The notes: generated by a model from the letters alone, not told the origin. 31,565 nt of DNA from Candidatus Methylomirabilota bacterium (GCA_046726415.1 JBKPAK010000198.1:1-31565); one strand, 5' to 3'; shown: positions 17,027 through 26,685, counted from the stretch's first letter. Made by a program: numbers and translations.

Positions 17027-17837
17027 CGATCGTCTCCTGATCCTCGACGAGGGGCACGCAGAGCGACAGTTCGGTCGCCGGGCTGTCGGCCACCCGGACA
17101 TGGATCACCCGGACAGGAGTGCCGTAGAGCTCGCTGAGGGCGTCGGCCGTAATGACTTCGTGGGGCGCCCCCGGTCCCCGCAGCCGGCCGTATTTCAACA
17201 GCGCCACCTTGGTGCCGACGAGAAATGCGTGGTCCGGGAGATGCGAGGTCAGCAGGATGGTGTAGCCCTGGCGGGCCAGGGCGCGGATAGTTGTCAAGAT
17301 CCGAACCTGGTTGCCGTAATCGAGGCCGGCGCACGGCTCGTCCATGACGATGACCTTCGACCCCTGCGCGAGCGCGCGGGCGATCAGCACCATCTGCCGT
17401 TCTCCCCCACTGAGCTCGTGAAACACCTGGTCGGCCAGATGCGCGATGCCAAGGCGCTCGAACGCCGCCAGGGCGAGACGCCGATCGGTTCTGGTTGGGC
17501 TGGCCATGAACCGCAGATGGGGGCTCCGGCCCATCAGCACCACGTCGAACGCGGCAAACGGAAAAATCGCGAGGCTGCTCTGTGGCACGTACGCGAGCTC
17601 CCGCGCCACCCGCCTGCGGGTGAGCGCGCCCAAGTGCCGGCCGTGGATCTGGATCGAGCCGGCCTGGATGCGCTGCAGTCCCAGCACGCAGCGCAGCAGT
17701 GTCGTCTTGCCGCTGCCGTTCGGACCCAGCAGGCACAACACGTCCCCGGCGGCCAGGTCGAAGCCGACATCGTCGAGCAGCGATGAATCTCTGCCATAGC
17801 TGAACCGCACGTGCTCGACGCGAAGGCTCAGAACCAC
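16944..17837 (-). CDS. ABC transporter ATP-binding protein (FecE/BtuD type)
   Basis: Walker A GPNGSGKT, YVPQ, signature LSGGERQ, Walker B VMDEP, H-loop SH. The GTG start overlaps the end of the permease gene. Confidence 0.92.
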   Translation of the reverse strand: MVLSLRVEHVRFSYGRDSSLLDDVGFDLAAGDVLCLLGPNGSGKTTLLRCVLGLQRIQAGSIQIHGRHLGALTRRRVARELAYVPQSSLAIFPFAAFDVVLMGRSPHLRFMASPTRTDRRLALAAFERLGIAHLADQVFHELSGGERQMVLIARALAQGSKVIVMDEPCAGLDYGNQVRILTTIRALARQGYTILLTSHLPDHAFLVGTKVALLKYGRLRGPGAPHEVITADALSELYGTPVRVIHVRVADSPATELSLCVPLVEDQETIDDEALALRFPRDAGLLLGQSGGRDPGS

Positions 17838-18925
17838 GCCTGACGGGTCCTGGCCAGGACCAGGGCGAAGAAGGGGGCGCCGATGAGGGCGGTCAGGATG
17901 CCGAGGGGAATCTCGTTGGCGCCGGCAGCTCGGGCCAGGTCGTCGACGGCGAGCAGGAAGCCACCGCCGATCAGGGCGCACATGGGGAGGACGGCCGGAA
18001 AGCTCGGTCCAACCAACATCCGGACGATGTGCGGGATCAAGAGCCCGACCCATCCGACGATCCCGCTGATGCTGACGCACGCGGCGGTCATCAGGGTGGC
18101 GGCAATGATCAGCGCCAGACGAACGCGGGACACGTTGACCCCGAGCGCGCGGGCCTCATCGTCGCCCGCGGCCAGCGCATTCAGCGGCCAGCGCAGCGCG
18201 TAGAGCACGAACCCCGCGGCGCCGATAGGCCCGAGGGCCGTGAGCACGGTGGCGGCGGTGATGCGATGCAGCCCGCCCAACAGCCAGAAGGTAATGGTCG
18301 GGAGCTGGTCGAGAGGATCGGCGGTGACCTTGAGCAGGGAGATCAGGGCTTGAAAGAAGGCCGACACTACCAGGCCGGCGAGGACGAGGACGAGCATCGC
18401 ATGGCGATTCAACCAGCATCCAAGCCAGAGGGTCATCGCCACTGCGGCGAGGCCAGCGAGGAACGCCATCAGTTGGATACCCATTCCCGTGATTCCGAGG
18501 ATGATGCCCAGCGCGGCCCCGAAGCCGGCTCCCGCCGAGACCCCCAGCACGGCGGGCGAGACCAGCGGATTGCGGAACAGATTCTGGTAGGTCGCACCGG
18601 CCATCGCCAGAGCGGCTCCTACCAGGAGCGCGGCGGCGATCCTTGGACCGCGAATGTTCAGGATCACCAGTTCCACGGCATCGCTCCAGCTCTTGTCGAC
18701 AAGGTGAAAGCGGTGCAGGAACACCGAGACGACCGTGGGAATCGGGATGGGGTAGGGACCGACGGTGAACGAATACAGGAAGAGCGCGAACACCCCCACC
18801 GTCACGCCGCCCAGGCAGACGCGGAGCCTGACGTCGGGCGCGAAGAGCTCGTGCCCGGCGAGGCCGCGAGGCGGAGGCTCGATGGCCAATTGTGACGCCT
18901 CGCTCGACCGTCTGGGCGCGGTCAA
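17828..18925 (-). CDS. ABC transporter permease, FecCD/BtuC family
   Basis: IRGPRIAAALLVGAALAMAGATYQNLFRNPLVSPAVLGVSAGA, FWLLG, GDDEARALGV, GWVGLLIPHIVR, EIPLGILTALIGAPFF. Start codon uncertain. Confidence 0.93.
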   Translation of the reverse strand: MTAPRRSSEASQLAIEPPPRGLAGHELFAPDVRLRVCLGGVTVGVFALFLYSFTVGPYPIPIPTVVSVFLHRFHLVDKSWSDAVELVILNIRGPRIAAALLVGAALAMAGATYQNLFRNPLVSPAVLGVSAGAGFGAALGIILGITGMGIQLMAFLAGLAAVAMTLWLGCWLNRHAMLVLVLAGLVVSAFFQALISLLKVTADPLDQLPTITFWLLGGLHRITAATVLTALGPIGAAGFVLYALRWPLNALAAGDDEARALGVNVSRVRLALIIAATLMTAACVSISGIVGWVGLLIPHIVRMLVGPSFPAVLPMCALIGGGFLLAVDDLARAAGANEIPLGILTALIGAPFFALVLARTRQAWF

Positions 18926-19041
18926 AGACCTACCTGGGTGATCGGGTCGGCGGCGAATCCGCGGGCGGCGGCAAGCTTATCGGCTTTCCCAAGGCCCATT
19001 CCTACGCGCGTCCAGCGAGACAGAGCATACCGCGGGCGTTC

Positions 19042-19182
19042 TCACGGCTTGAGCTTGAGGTCTTCGCAGGGCCCCGTGTAAGCGGAGCCCTGGATGAGCC
19101 CGGCGGCAGCGTGCTCCACGCGCGGACCGACGCCCCAGAGCATCGCGATGAGAAGGGCAACGAGCGCGAACCGATCAGACAT
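19042..19182 (-). CDS. Small 46-aa ORF with signal-peptide-like N-terminus (not in the ORF track)
   Basis: GGAGGATCC-ATG; translates as MSDRFALVALLIAMLWGVGPRVEHAAAGLIQGSAYTGPCEDLKLKP*. Confidence 0.45.
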   Translation of the reverse strand: MSDRFALVALLIAMLWGVGPRVEHAAAGLIQGSAYTGPCEDLKLKP

Positions 19183-19322
19183 GGATCCTCCGCGAGCTTG
19201 GGATGTGCGGTAGCCTGCGGGAGCGATCGCCGCGTGTCAAGGAAGGGCGGCAGCTGGCTGGACACCGCGTTCCTGGCTAAGATCGGCTGATTCTCAGTTC
19301 GTTTCCTCGGAGGGATGACATC

Positions 19323-20255
19323 ATGCGCATCGTTGTCCATGGGCAGCAGGCGTTTGGAAAGAGCGTGCTGGAGGCCTTGATGGAGCGCGGGGAAAACGTT
19401 GTCGGGGTCTACTGCGCCCCGGAGGCGGCCCAGGGGGGAGGGCGAATCGATCCGCTCAAGGAGGCCGCCCTCGCCCGTGGCCTACCCGTCCAGCAGCCGC
19501 GATCCTTTCGCAACAAGCCCGAGGTGTGGGAGGAATTCGCGCGGCTCAAGGCGGACCTCTGCGTGATGGCCTACGTCACGCTCATCGTGCCCGAGCAGGT
19601 GCTGAACCTGCCCACGCGCGGCACCATCCAGTACCACCCCTCGCTGCTGCCTCGCCACCGCGGCCCCAGCTCCATCAACTGGCCGATCATCATGGGGGAG
19701 ACGCGCACGGGGTTGACCATCTTCTGGCCCGACCGGGGCCTGGATACGGGGCCGATCTTGCTGCAAAAGGACGTCGAGATCCGGGACAGCGACACCCTGG
19801 GCAGCCTCTATTTCGATCGGCTGTATCCGCTCGGGGTCGCCGCGTTGCTGGAAGCCGTGGACATGGTGCGTGCCGGCACAGCCCCGAAAATCGCGCAGGA
19901 CGAGTCGCAGGCCACCTACGAAGGGTGGTGCAAGAAGGAGCACGTCCAGATCGACTGGCAGAAGCCACTCCAGGAGATCTGGAACGTCATCCGCGGTGCC
20001 GACCCCCAGCCGGGCGCCTGGACCACGCACGAGGGCACCACGGTGCAGCTCCTCGACGCCCGGAAGCTCGTGGGCGCCGCGGCCGGGCAGCCCGGAGAAG
20101 TCACCGCCGTCGACGACACCGGGATGACCATTGCCGCGCTCGGGGGACAGATCCAGGCGACCCGCGTCCGACCGGAGGGCGGTCAGAAGATCAACGCGGG
20201 AACGTTTGCCGAGAGCGCGGGGCTACGCCCGGGCGCACGGCTCGGAGCGCCGTGA
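19323..20255 (+). CDS. Methionyl-tRNA formyltransferase-like protein (closer to the 10-formyl-THF hydrolase/FDH N-domain type)
   Basis: GGAGGG RBS; HGQQAFG, ADLCVMAY, QYHPSLLPRHRGPSSINWPI, GLTIFWPDRGLDTGPILLQ, IRGADPQPGAWT. Confidence 0.88.
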   Translation: MRIVVHGQQAFGKSVLEALMERGENVVGVYCAPEAAQGGGRIDPLKEAALARGLPVQQPRSFRNKPEVWEEFARLKADLCVMAYVTLIVPEQVLNLPTRGTIQYHPSLLPRHRGPSSINWPIIMGETRTGLTIFWPDRGLDTGPILLQKDVEIRDSDTLGSLYFDRLYPLGVAALLEAVDMVRAGTAPKIAQDESQATYEGWCKKEHVQIDWQKPLQEIWNVIRGADPQPGAWTTHEGTTVQLLDARKLVGAAAGQPGEVTAVDDTGMTIAALGGQIQATRVRPEGGQKINAGTFAESAGLRPGARLGAP

Positions 20256-20331
20256 TCAGGTCGCTCACCCGCGGCGTTATCTGATTCGTCATTCGGCTGC
20301 TTTCGCGGCATCGCCTCGAAGGGGGCGTCCC

Positions 20332-21801
20332 CTACGCTGCGTCGAACGGATAGAGCGGGCGGGGGCGGTTCCGGTAGGTGAAGAGCGTGAGGTCCGAGCT
20401 GGTGCAGCCGTCGCCGTCGCACATCACGATGTGGCGGGCGATGGGCTCGAAGCCGGCGCGGAAGTGCTGGCGCGACTTGATCAAGACGTAGCGCTTGCGG
20501 CGCGGGTCGATGCCGCAGTGGGTGAAGAGGCCGAGGTCGGACGGCTCGCTGCGCCGCTCCGAGATGACGATCTGCATGGATCCGGTGTCGAGCACCGCCG
20601 TGCGGCCCATTCGGACGCGCGTGCCGGTGGCCATTGGCCCGGTGACCACGAACTCGCCTTCTGTGATGCGCGTGACCTTGCCGGTGACGGTGAGCGGCTG
20701 GCCCATGAGATTGATCTGCGGCATGTCGATCTTGCCGCCCAGCGACAGGGTCACGCTGGCTGCGGTCCCGGCCGCGATGATGCGCCCGACGCTCTCTGGA
20801 TCGCAGATGGGCCCGGCCACCACGTCGTCGAGACCCTGGCGCATGGCTTCCGCGATCACGCTCATCACGTCCTGCGTCCCGCCGGACGCGGTGTTGTCGC
20901 CGTGGTCGGCCAGGACGATGGGCCCCTCGCCGAGCGCCTTCGCGTGGGCGATCTGGCTGGCCAACGGCGCGCCCTCGTAGAGGAAGGCCTTCCGTCGCTC
21001 CCAGGCCATCCCGAGCAACTCGTCGAGCAGAGCCTTGCCGGTGTCGGCCTGCCGGTCGCAGACGATCACCGCCGAACAGGAGATGTGGGGAATGTCGGCG
21101 TGCGGGAAGCCGCCGAACACCGAGGCGTTGAGTACGGCGCCGCTCGTCTCTGCGGCGATGGCCATGTCCATGATGTCCTTCATCGGCTGGCGCGACGGCG
21201 TGTGTACGAGGGTGCTGGTCATCATCGGACGGGTACCCCACACCATCACGGGCTGAACCTCACCGTTCAGCGCCCGCACCAAGGTGCGCCCCGCGCGCTG
21301 GGCCGTCTCGGCCATGTCGACGTGCGGGTACGTCCGGTAGCCGGTGATGACGGTGGCGCTCTGCACCATCGGAGCGGTCATGTGCGCGTGGAAATCGAGC
21401 CCGACGGCAATGGGCAGCCGCGGAGCCAGCGCGCGGATGCGGCGCAGGAGCTCGCCCTCGCCGTCGTCGGCGTGCTCCGCCACCATCGCCCCGTGGAGGG
21501 CGAGGAACGCCGCGTCGCACCCGTTCCGGATGGCGCCGACGATGGCGTTGCAGATGTCCTCGTAGGCGCGCGTCTCGACATAGCCCGACGGATGAGCGCC
21601 GGCGGCGATCGGCACGACGATCTCGGCGCCGATCTCCTGCGCGACCTGAAGGAACCCACCGAGCTGAGTGTTGGTGTCCCGGAACTCCTCCACGGCCTCG
21701 GCCTCGGACAGCGGGCGGAACGACGCGAGCGGCGTCGGCACGGGCGAGAAGGTGTTGGTCTCGTGCATCATCGAGGCGACCACGATCTTGCGGCGAGCCA
21801 T
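20332..21801 (-). CDS. M81 family metallopeptidase (MlrC-like)
   Basis: HETNTFSP, LHGAM, DGEG, LDFHAH, YRTYPHVD, DHGDNTASGG, IKSRQHFRA; GGAGG RBS. Confidence 0.93.
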   Translation of the reverse strand: MARRKIVVASMMHETNTFSPVPTPLASFRPLSEAEAVEEFRDTNTQLGGFLQVAQEIGAEIVVPIAAGAHPSGYVETRAYEDICNAIVGAIRNGCDAAFLALHGAMVAEHADDGEGELLRRIRALAPRLPIAVGLDFHAHMTAPMVQSATVITGYRTYPHVDMAETAQRAGRTLVRALNGEVQPVMVWGTRPMMTSTLVHTPSRQPMKDIMDMAIAAETSGAVLNASVFGGFPHADIPHISCSAVIVCDRQADTGKALLDELLGMAWERRKAFLYEGAPLASQIAHAKALGEGPIVLADHGDNTASGGTQDVMSVIAEAMRQGLDDVVAGPICDPESVGRIIAAGTAASVTLSLGGKIDMPQINLMGQPLTVTGKVTRITEGEFVVTGPMATGTRVRMGRTAVLDTGSMQIVISERRSEPSDLGLFTHCGIDPRRKRYVLIKSRQHFRAGFEPIARHIVMCDGDGCTSSDLTLFTYRNRPRPLYPFDAA

Positions 21802-21829
21802 CCCGGCCTCCTGTGCCTGACCCTCGTGA

Positions 21830-22678
21830 CTACTTCAGCACGGTCTCGGCGATGCGCGTCAGCTGCGCCTCCATCTCGGCCTGGGTCTTCACCGTGTCCG
21901 GCCGCACGACGACCCGGGTGGCTCCGGCATCGAGGAACTTTCGGATCAGGTCTCGGTCGGCCGGCTGCCCGTAGACCGAGATGCTGATGGTGGAGGGATC
22001 GCGGCCGGCATCCTTGGCGAGTCGGTCGAGCGTGGCTCGACTCTCGCGCAGCCCCTCGGGGGCGATGCGGTTGGGCAACCAGCCGTTGCCCCAGGCGGCG
22101 ACCCGCTCGAGGACGTTCTTCGCGTGCCCGCCGAGGAGCACCGGCGGATGCGGCTTCTGCGCCGGCTTCGGATAGGACCGGACGAGCGGGAAATTGTAGT
22201 ACTGGCCGTGGAACTCGGCCTCCGGCTTGGTCCACAGTTCCTTCATGGCCAGCACCGACTCCCGCGTCTGCGTCCAGCGGTGGTCGAAGTCGCCGCCCAT
22301 GATTTCGGTCTCCTCCCGTAGCCAGCCCGCGCCGATGCCGAAGAGGAATCGGCCGCCGCTGAAGAGGTCGAGGGTCGAGATTTCCTTGGCCAGCAGCAGG
22401 GGATGCCGCTCGGGGACCAGCACGATCCCGGTCCCGAGCCTGATGCGGGAGGTAACACCCGAGGCGCGCGCCAGCGCGACGAACGGGTCGATGAAGTGCG
22501 AGTAGCTTTCCGGGATCACCCCGTCCGCCGAGCCCGGGAAGCGGCTGGTCGAGTGCACCGGGATGAAGGGGTGCTCGGCGCACCAGAACGACTCGAAGCC
22601 AAGCTCTTCCACGGTCCGGGCCATGAAACCGACGTCGACCAGATACGCGGGCAGGGGAACCGAGATGCCGACGTTCAT
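21830..22678 (-). CDS. LLM-class F420-dependent oxidoreductase (Rv2161c-like)
   Basis: AAAGGAG RBS; EELGFESFWCAEH, DPFVALA, RLGTGI, LAKEISTLDLFSGGRFLFGIGAGW, PKPAQKPHPP. Confidence 0.93.
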   Translation of the reverse strand: MNVGISVPLPAYLVDVGFMARTVEELGFESFWCAEHPFIPVHSTSRFPGSADGVIPESYSHFIDPFVALARASGVTSRIRLGTGIVLVPERHPLLLAKEISTLDLFSGGRFLFGIGAGWLREETEIMGGDFDHRWTQTRESVLAMKELWTKPEAEFHGQYYNFPLVRSYPKPAQKPHPPVLLGGHAKNVLERVAAWGNGWLPNRIAPEGLRESRATLDRLAKDAGRDPSTISISVYGQPADRDLIRKFLDAGATRVVVRPDTVKTQAEMEAQLTRIAETVLK

Positions 22679-22799
22679 CGTGGGAACTCCTTTCCCGGGG
22701 CGACCGGGCACGTCCACCGACTCGAACGAGGATACCGCAGCCGGAGCGCCTCACAGGCTCAGACGCCGCCGGTCTTCCCAAGCGCGAACTCGGAAGGAG

Positions 22800-22854
22800 G
22801 CACCTGGCCGCGGGCGCACGGGCAGGAGATTCGGTGCGCCCGCGGTGAAGGTGC
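22800..22854. other. Long GC-rich intergenic hairpin (possible terminator, stability element or REP-like element)
   Basis: Perfect 12-bp stem CCGCGGGCGCAC (22808-19) / GTGCGCCCGCGG (22834-45), extended by GCACCT/AGGTGC. No U-tract. Confidence 0.45.
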
Positions 22855-22886
22855 GCGGAGCAGGCAATCCGAATCATCCCTGATGG

Positions 22887-24035
22887 TCAGGCGTGAGCGG
22901 GCTCCAGCTTCAGAATGCGACCTCTGGGGTGGTCGGTCAGCAGATAGATCAGCCCGTCCGGCCCCTGCCGCACGTCCCGGATGCGCTCTCTCAGATCGCC
23001 CAGATAGCGCTCCTCGAGGGTGACCCGGTGGTCGGTGATCCTCAAACGCACGAGACGACCCGGCCGGAGTGAGCCCACGAGGAGGTCGCCTCGCCAGTCG
23101 GGAAATGCATCGCCCGTATAGAAGACTGCGCCCGACGGAGCGATGACCGGGTCCCAGTAATAGACGGGCTGCTCCATGCCCGGCCTGGATGTACCCACGC
23201 CGATGCGGCCGCCCCAGTAGTCGATCCCGTACGTGATCACCGGCCAACCGTAGTTGCGGCCGGGCTGTGGGTAGTTGAGCTCGTCGCCGCCCCGCGCCCC
23301 GTGCTCCACCGTCCACAGCTGACCACTGGCGTCGAGGGCAGCGCTCTGGATATTGCGGTGGCCATAGGACCAGATCTCGGGGCGGGCGCCGTCGCGACCG
23401 ACGAATGGGTTGTCGCTTGGGATCGAGCCGTCGGGGTTGAGGCGGATGATCTTACCGAGCGTCACCGAGAGGTCCTGGGCGCGGTCGCGGTGCGAGTACC
23501 GATCACCCAACGTGACGAACAGCGTGCCGTCAGGCCGGAAGACGAGCCGCGAGCCCCAGTGGTTGGCTCCGCTGACCTTGGGCTGCTGGCGCCAGATCAC
23601 CTGCGTGCCTTCGAGCCCGCGTTCGCCAAGGCGACCCCGAGCCACCGCGGTACCCCCGCCTCCCGCCCCCGGCTCGGAGAAGGACAGGTAGACGAGCCGA
23701 TCCTGCGCGAAGTGCGGGCTAAGCACCACATCGAGCAGCCCGCCCTGACCTTCGGCGAGCACCTCCGGCACGCCGGCGAGCGGTGCCGATACCTGTCCGC
23801 CGTGAGCGACGAGGCGCAGGCGCCCGGGCCGCTCGGTCAACAGCATGCGGCCGTCGGGCAGAAATGCGAGGGCCCACGGATGCTCGAGCCCGCGCGCCAC
23901 GTCGACGACGCGGGCGGGGATCTTCAGCGAGTTCGGGGTCGGCGAGCGTGGAGCTTCCTGAGCGAGCGCGGGCAGGACGAGGACCGCCAGCGCGGCGAGC
24001 GCGCTGGCCATGCGGAACAAGAGGGGGCGCGTCAT
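22887..24035 (-). CDS. PQQ-dependent sugar dehydrogenase (soluble aldose/glucose-sorbosone dehydrogenase, YliI-like)
   Basis: Signal peptide, GLEHPWALAFLPDG, TERPGRL, GQGGLLDV, HWGSRL, WSYGHRN, EHGARGGDELN, NYGWP, RIRDV..GPDG. Confidence 0.94.
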   Translation of the reverse strand: MTRPLLFRMASALAALAVLVLPALAQEAPRSPTPNSLKIPARVVDVARGLEHPWALAFLPDGRMLLTERPGRLRLVAHGGQVSAPLAGVPEVLAEGQGGLLDVVLSPHFAQDRLVYLSFSEPGAGGGGTAVARGRLGERGLEGTQVIWRQQPKVSGANHWGSRLVFRPDGTLFVTLGDRYSHRDRAQDLSVTLGKIIRLNPDGSIPSDNPFVGRDGARPEIWSYGHRNIQSAALDASGQLWTVEHGARGGDELNYPQPGRNYGWPVITYGIDYWGGRIGVGTSRPGMEQPVYYWDPVIAPSGAVFYTGDAFPDWRGDLLVGSLRPGRLVRLRITDHRVTLEERYLGDLRERIRDVRQGPDGLIYLLTDHPRGRILKLEPAHA

Positions 24036-24229
24036 CGTGCGGGCTCCGTTCGGCGAGGATCGAACACTCAAGCCCAGCATACGCACGTGCCTGTCTCCAG
24101 CAACCTCGAGATCCTAAGTTGCCGGAAGCGAGCGGGAGACGGCGACCAAGGCGCCCGAGGTCGACGGGATCGAGCTGGGCGAGGCTCGGCCGGTAAGCCC
24201 ACCCAGGACGCGGTTCGCTCCCGCGTGGC

Positions 24230-25045
24230 CTATGGCGTCGTGAACAGACCCTCCCAGGAGGCGACGCGACGGCCGTGCCAGGTCGGTCCCTCGCGGACGA
24301 ACCGCCACTCGGGGTTGCGGGCGACGTCTCTCAGGGCGGCACACACCTGGTGAAAGAGGGGAACGTCGGCGTCCGCGCACTCGAAGTAGGTCACGAAATC
24401 GTACTCCCCCTGGGCGGCCGGTTCGGTCGCATTCCGATACGTCCGCCGGAGCAAGCACGGGATGCCAGCGGCGGAGGCCAGAGCATGTCCCTGGCTGAGC
24501 ATCCGCCCCTCGTCGTCGTAGCGCGGCAAGAAGTAGGTGTGGCGCTCCATCCAGTCCTTGCGCCACCAGTCGTCCGTCTTGCTGAGTGGGACGAGGAAAG
24601 CGTTCGGCATCACCGTGCCGGGCTGTTGTACGACCGCGCGCGCATACGCCCAGTTGTTCATGGCGGTTCCCGTGTAGTTCTTGGGGCGCACGACCCCGCG
24701 CAGGATGCGGACGCTGGCCGCTGGCGTGAGCAGCCGGGCGGCCTCGTCGCAGAACTCGGCGATGGGCAGCGCCCGCGGGGAGGCCACGTGGATGACCCAC
24801 TCCGCCTGGAGCACGCCCTCGTCGGCCAGGTCGCCGGCGCTCCCGCCGCACCGGCGCAGGAAAGCGATGGAGTCGCGGGGCGGCGGGCCGCCGGGGTCGA
24901 ACTCGTTCGACAGCCCCAGCCGCTCGGCCAGGGCCGGAATGTTCGCCGCGGCCGGGCCCAGCACGTCGCCGCCGTCCACGCGGCGCAGGCACAGATACCC
25001 TCCGTGGCCGAGGATCTCTTGGGCGAGAAACTGCTGGTTGTCCAT
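24230..25045 (-). CDS. Divergent chlorite dismutase-like heme protein (CDE superfamily)
   Basis: AAGGGAGGTG RBS. C-domain VPLSKTDDWW...ER...GH...LLRRTY...YDFVTYFE...ALR...PEWRFVREG matches the Cld pattern PxxKxxxWW / H / R / DFxTxFE / EW. Confidence 0.7.
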   Translation of the reverse strand: MDNQQFLAQEILGHGGYLCLRRVDGGDVLGPAAANIPALAERLGLSNEFDPGGPPPRDSIAFLRRCGGSAGDLADEGVLQAEWVIHVASPRALPIAEFCDEAARLLTPAASVRILRGVVRPKNYTGTAMNNWAYARAVVQQPGTVMPNAFLVPLSKTDDWWRKDWMERHTYFLPRYDDEGRMLSQGHALASAAGIPCLLRRTYRNATEPAAQGEYDFVTYFECADADVPLFHQVCAALRDVARNPEWRFVREGPTWHGRRVASWEGLFTTP

Positions 25046-25343
25046 CGGGCACCTCCCTTGACCGGCGAGGGTACGGGCCGCCCGCAGATGTGTCCAATGC
25101 ATGGATCCGCCCTGACGTCGCCGCGCGCGCGAGATATTTTTCCAGCGTCTCCCGGACGAGGTGGCCGGCAGCATCGTGGGCGAGGCCATTGACCTCACGG
25201 GGCTGCACCGCTACGCTTCCGCGAGGAGTTGACCCGTGAGCGACAACGCCGTCGTCGTCGGCCCCGGAGCGCAGGGTCTCCCGTCCCGCCGCTTCCCCGC
25301 CATGGCCGTGTTGGCGCCGGAGAGATGAGAGCCAAGACAGATC

Positions 25344-26585
25344 GTGAGTACCGCTGCGCAGATCGCCGGGCTGTCGACGTTCGCCGCCCTGAGGGCGCGG
25401 AACTATTGCTTGTACTGGTTCGGGCTGGTCTTTTACGTGCTTGGGCACCGCGCGGAGTACACGACGTTCGCCTGGATCACGTGGACGGTGACGCGCGATC
25501 CGCTGTCGCTCGGCTATCTCGGGCTGGCCCAGGGGGTGCCGCTGGTGGCCCTGCAGCTGTTCGGCGGCGTGCTGGCCGATCGCACCAACCGGCTGCGGCT
25601 ACTGATCGTAACCCAAATTCTGATCGCCCTGACCCTGACGGTCGCCCTCGCCCTGACGTTCTTCGGGGAGGTCAAGGTCGAGCGCCTCCTGCTGCTGGCC
25701 GCGGCGAGCAGCGTGTTCCGCGCCTTCGACGAGCCGAGCCGGATGGCGCTCGTTCCCCAACTGATCGATCGCCAGCGACTACCGAACGCGATCGCGCTCG
25801 GCTCGCTCCCCTGGCAGGCCGGGCGGATGATCGGCCCGTCGATCACCGGCATCCTCATCGCGGCCTTCGGCGGCGCGGCCGGGTTCGCGCTGGCCGCCGT
25901 CGCGTCCTATGTCGCGCTTGCGCTGTACAGCCGGCTGGCGGTCAGCGAGAATGCCCCGGCCCGCGATGGACGGCACGTCTTCGGGCAGCTCGTCGAGGGG
26001 CTGAGCTTTGTCGCCCATAACTTCGTGTTCGCGAGCCTGATTGCTTTGGCGCTCTTCAACAGTGTCTTTGCTCTGTCCTACGTCACCTTGCTGCCGATCT
26101 ACGCGGATGTGTACTTCAAGGCCGGGTCGACGGGGTATGGCCTGCTGAACGCCGCGCACGGAGTGGGGGCGTTGATCGGCACGCTCACGGTGGCCACGAT
26201 CGCCCATCGCATCCTCCGTCCAGGCACCGTGCTGTTGGCCGCGGCGGCGTGCATGGGGCTGGAGCTGATGGTCTTCGCCGTCTCCCCCGCGATGTGGCTG
26301 GCCCTGCCCGTGCTGATGCTCGTCGGGTTCAGCAATACGTTTTCTCTCACGCAAGTCAGCACGCTCCTCCAGCGGGAGGTGCCCGACCATTTGCGGGGGC
26401 GCGTCATGAGTCTCTACGCGCTCTGCTGGAATCTGCTGCCGCTCGGCGGCCTGCTGGCCGGTGTGCTGGCGGCGGCCGTGAGCGCTCGCTTCGCCGTTCT
26501 GTTCGGCGGCGCCATGGTGGCCGCCAATGCGCTGCTGCTGCTCACCTCCAAGCGGCTGCGGGCGATCAGCCCGATGATGCGATGA
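25344..26585 (+). CDS. MFS transporter (MFS_3 / transmembrane secretion effector type)
   Basis: About 12 TM segments; FAALRARNY, LFGGVLADRTNRLRLL, FDEPSRMALVPQLI, RMIGPSI.G, VPDHLRGRVMS. Confidence 0.92.
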   Translation: MSTAAQIAGLSTFAALRARNYCLYWFGLVFYVLGHRAEYTTFAWITWTVTRDPLSLGYLGLAQGVPLVALQLFGGVLADRTNRLRLLIVTQILIALTLTVALALTFFGEVKVERLLLLAAASSVFRAFDEPSRMALVPQLIDRQRLPNAIALGSLPWQAGRMIGPSITGILIAAFGGAAGFALAAVASYVALALYSRLAVSENAPARDGRHVFGQLVEGLSFVAHNFVFASLIALALFNSVFALSYVTLLPIYADVYFKAGSTGYGLLNAAHGVGALIGTLTVATIAHRILRPGTVLLAAAACMGLELMVFAVSPAMWLALPVLMLVGFSNTFSLTQVSTLLQREVPDHLRGRVMSLYALCWNLLPLGGLLAGVLAAAVSARFAVLFGGAMVAANALLLLTSKRLRAISPMMR

Positions 26586-26685
26586 ACGGATCATTCCCTC
26601 GGAGGGCGATGCCCACCAGGGGCGGGAGGCGACCTCATCGTCCGGTGCGGTGGACGTCTCCAAAGGCGCCGGCCGTCAGGAGGCG

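Noticed and set aside
18930-19320. Cobalamin riboswitch or Fur box upstream of the FecCD/BtuCD-type operon
   Set aside because: No B12-box motifs or AT-rich Fur consensus recognised, so the substrate of the importer cannot be assigned.
20332-21801. Microcystin degradation cluster
   Set aside because: Only an MlrC-like M81 peptidase is present. The family is widespread and no mlrA, mlrB or mlrD is adjacent.
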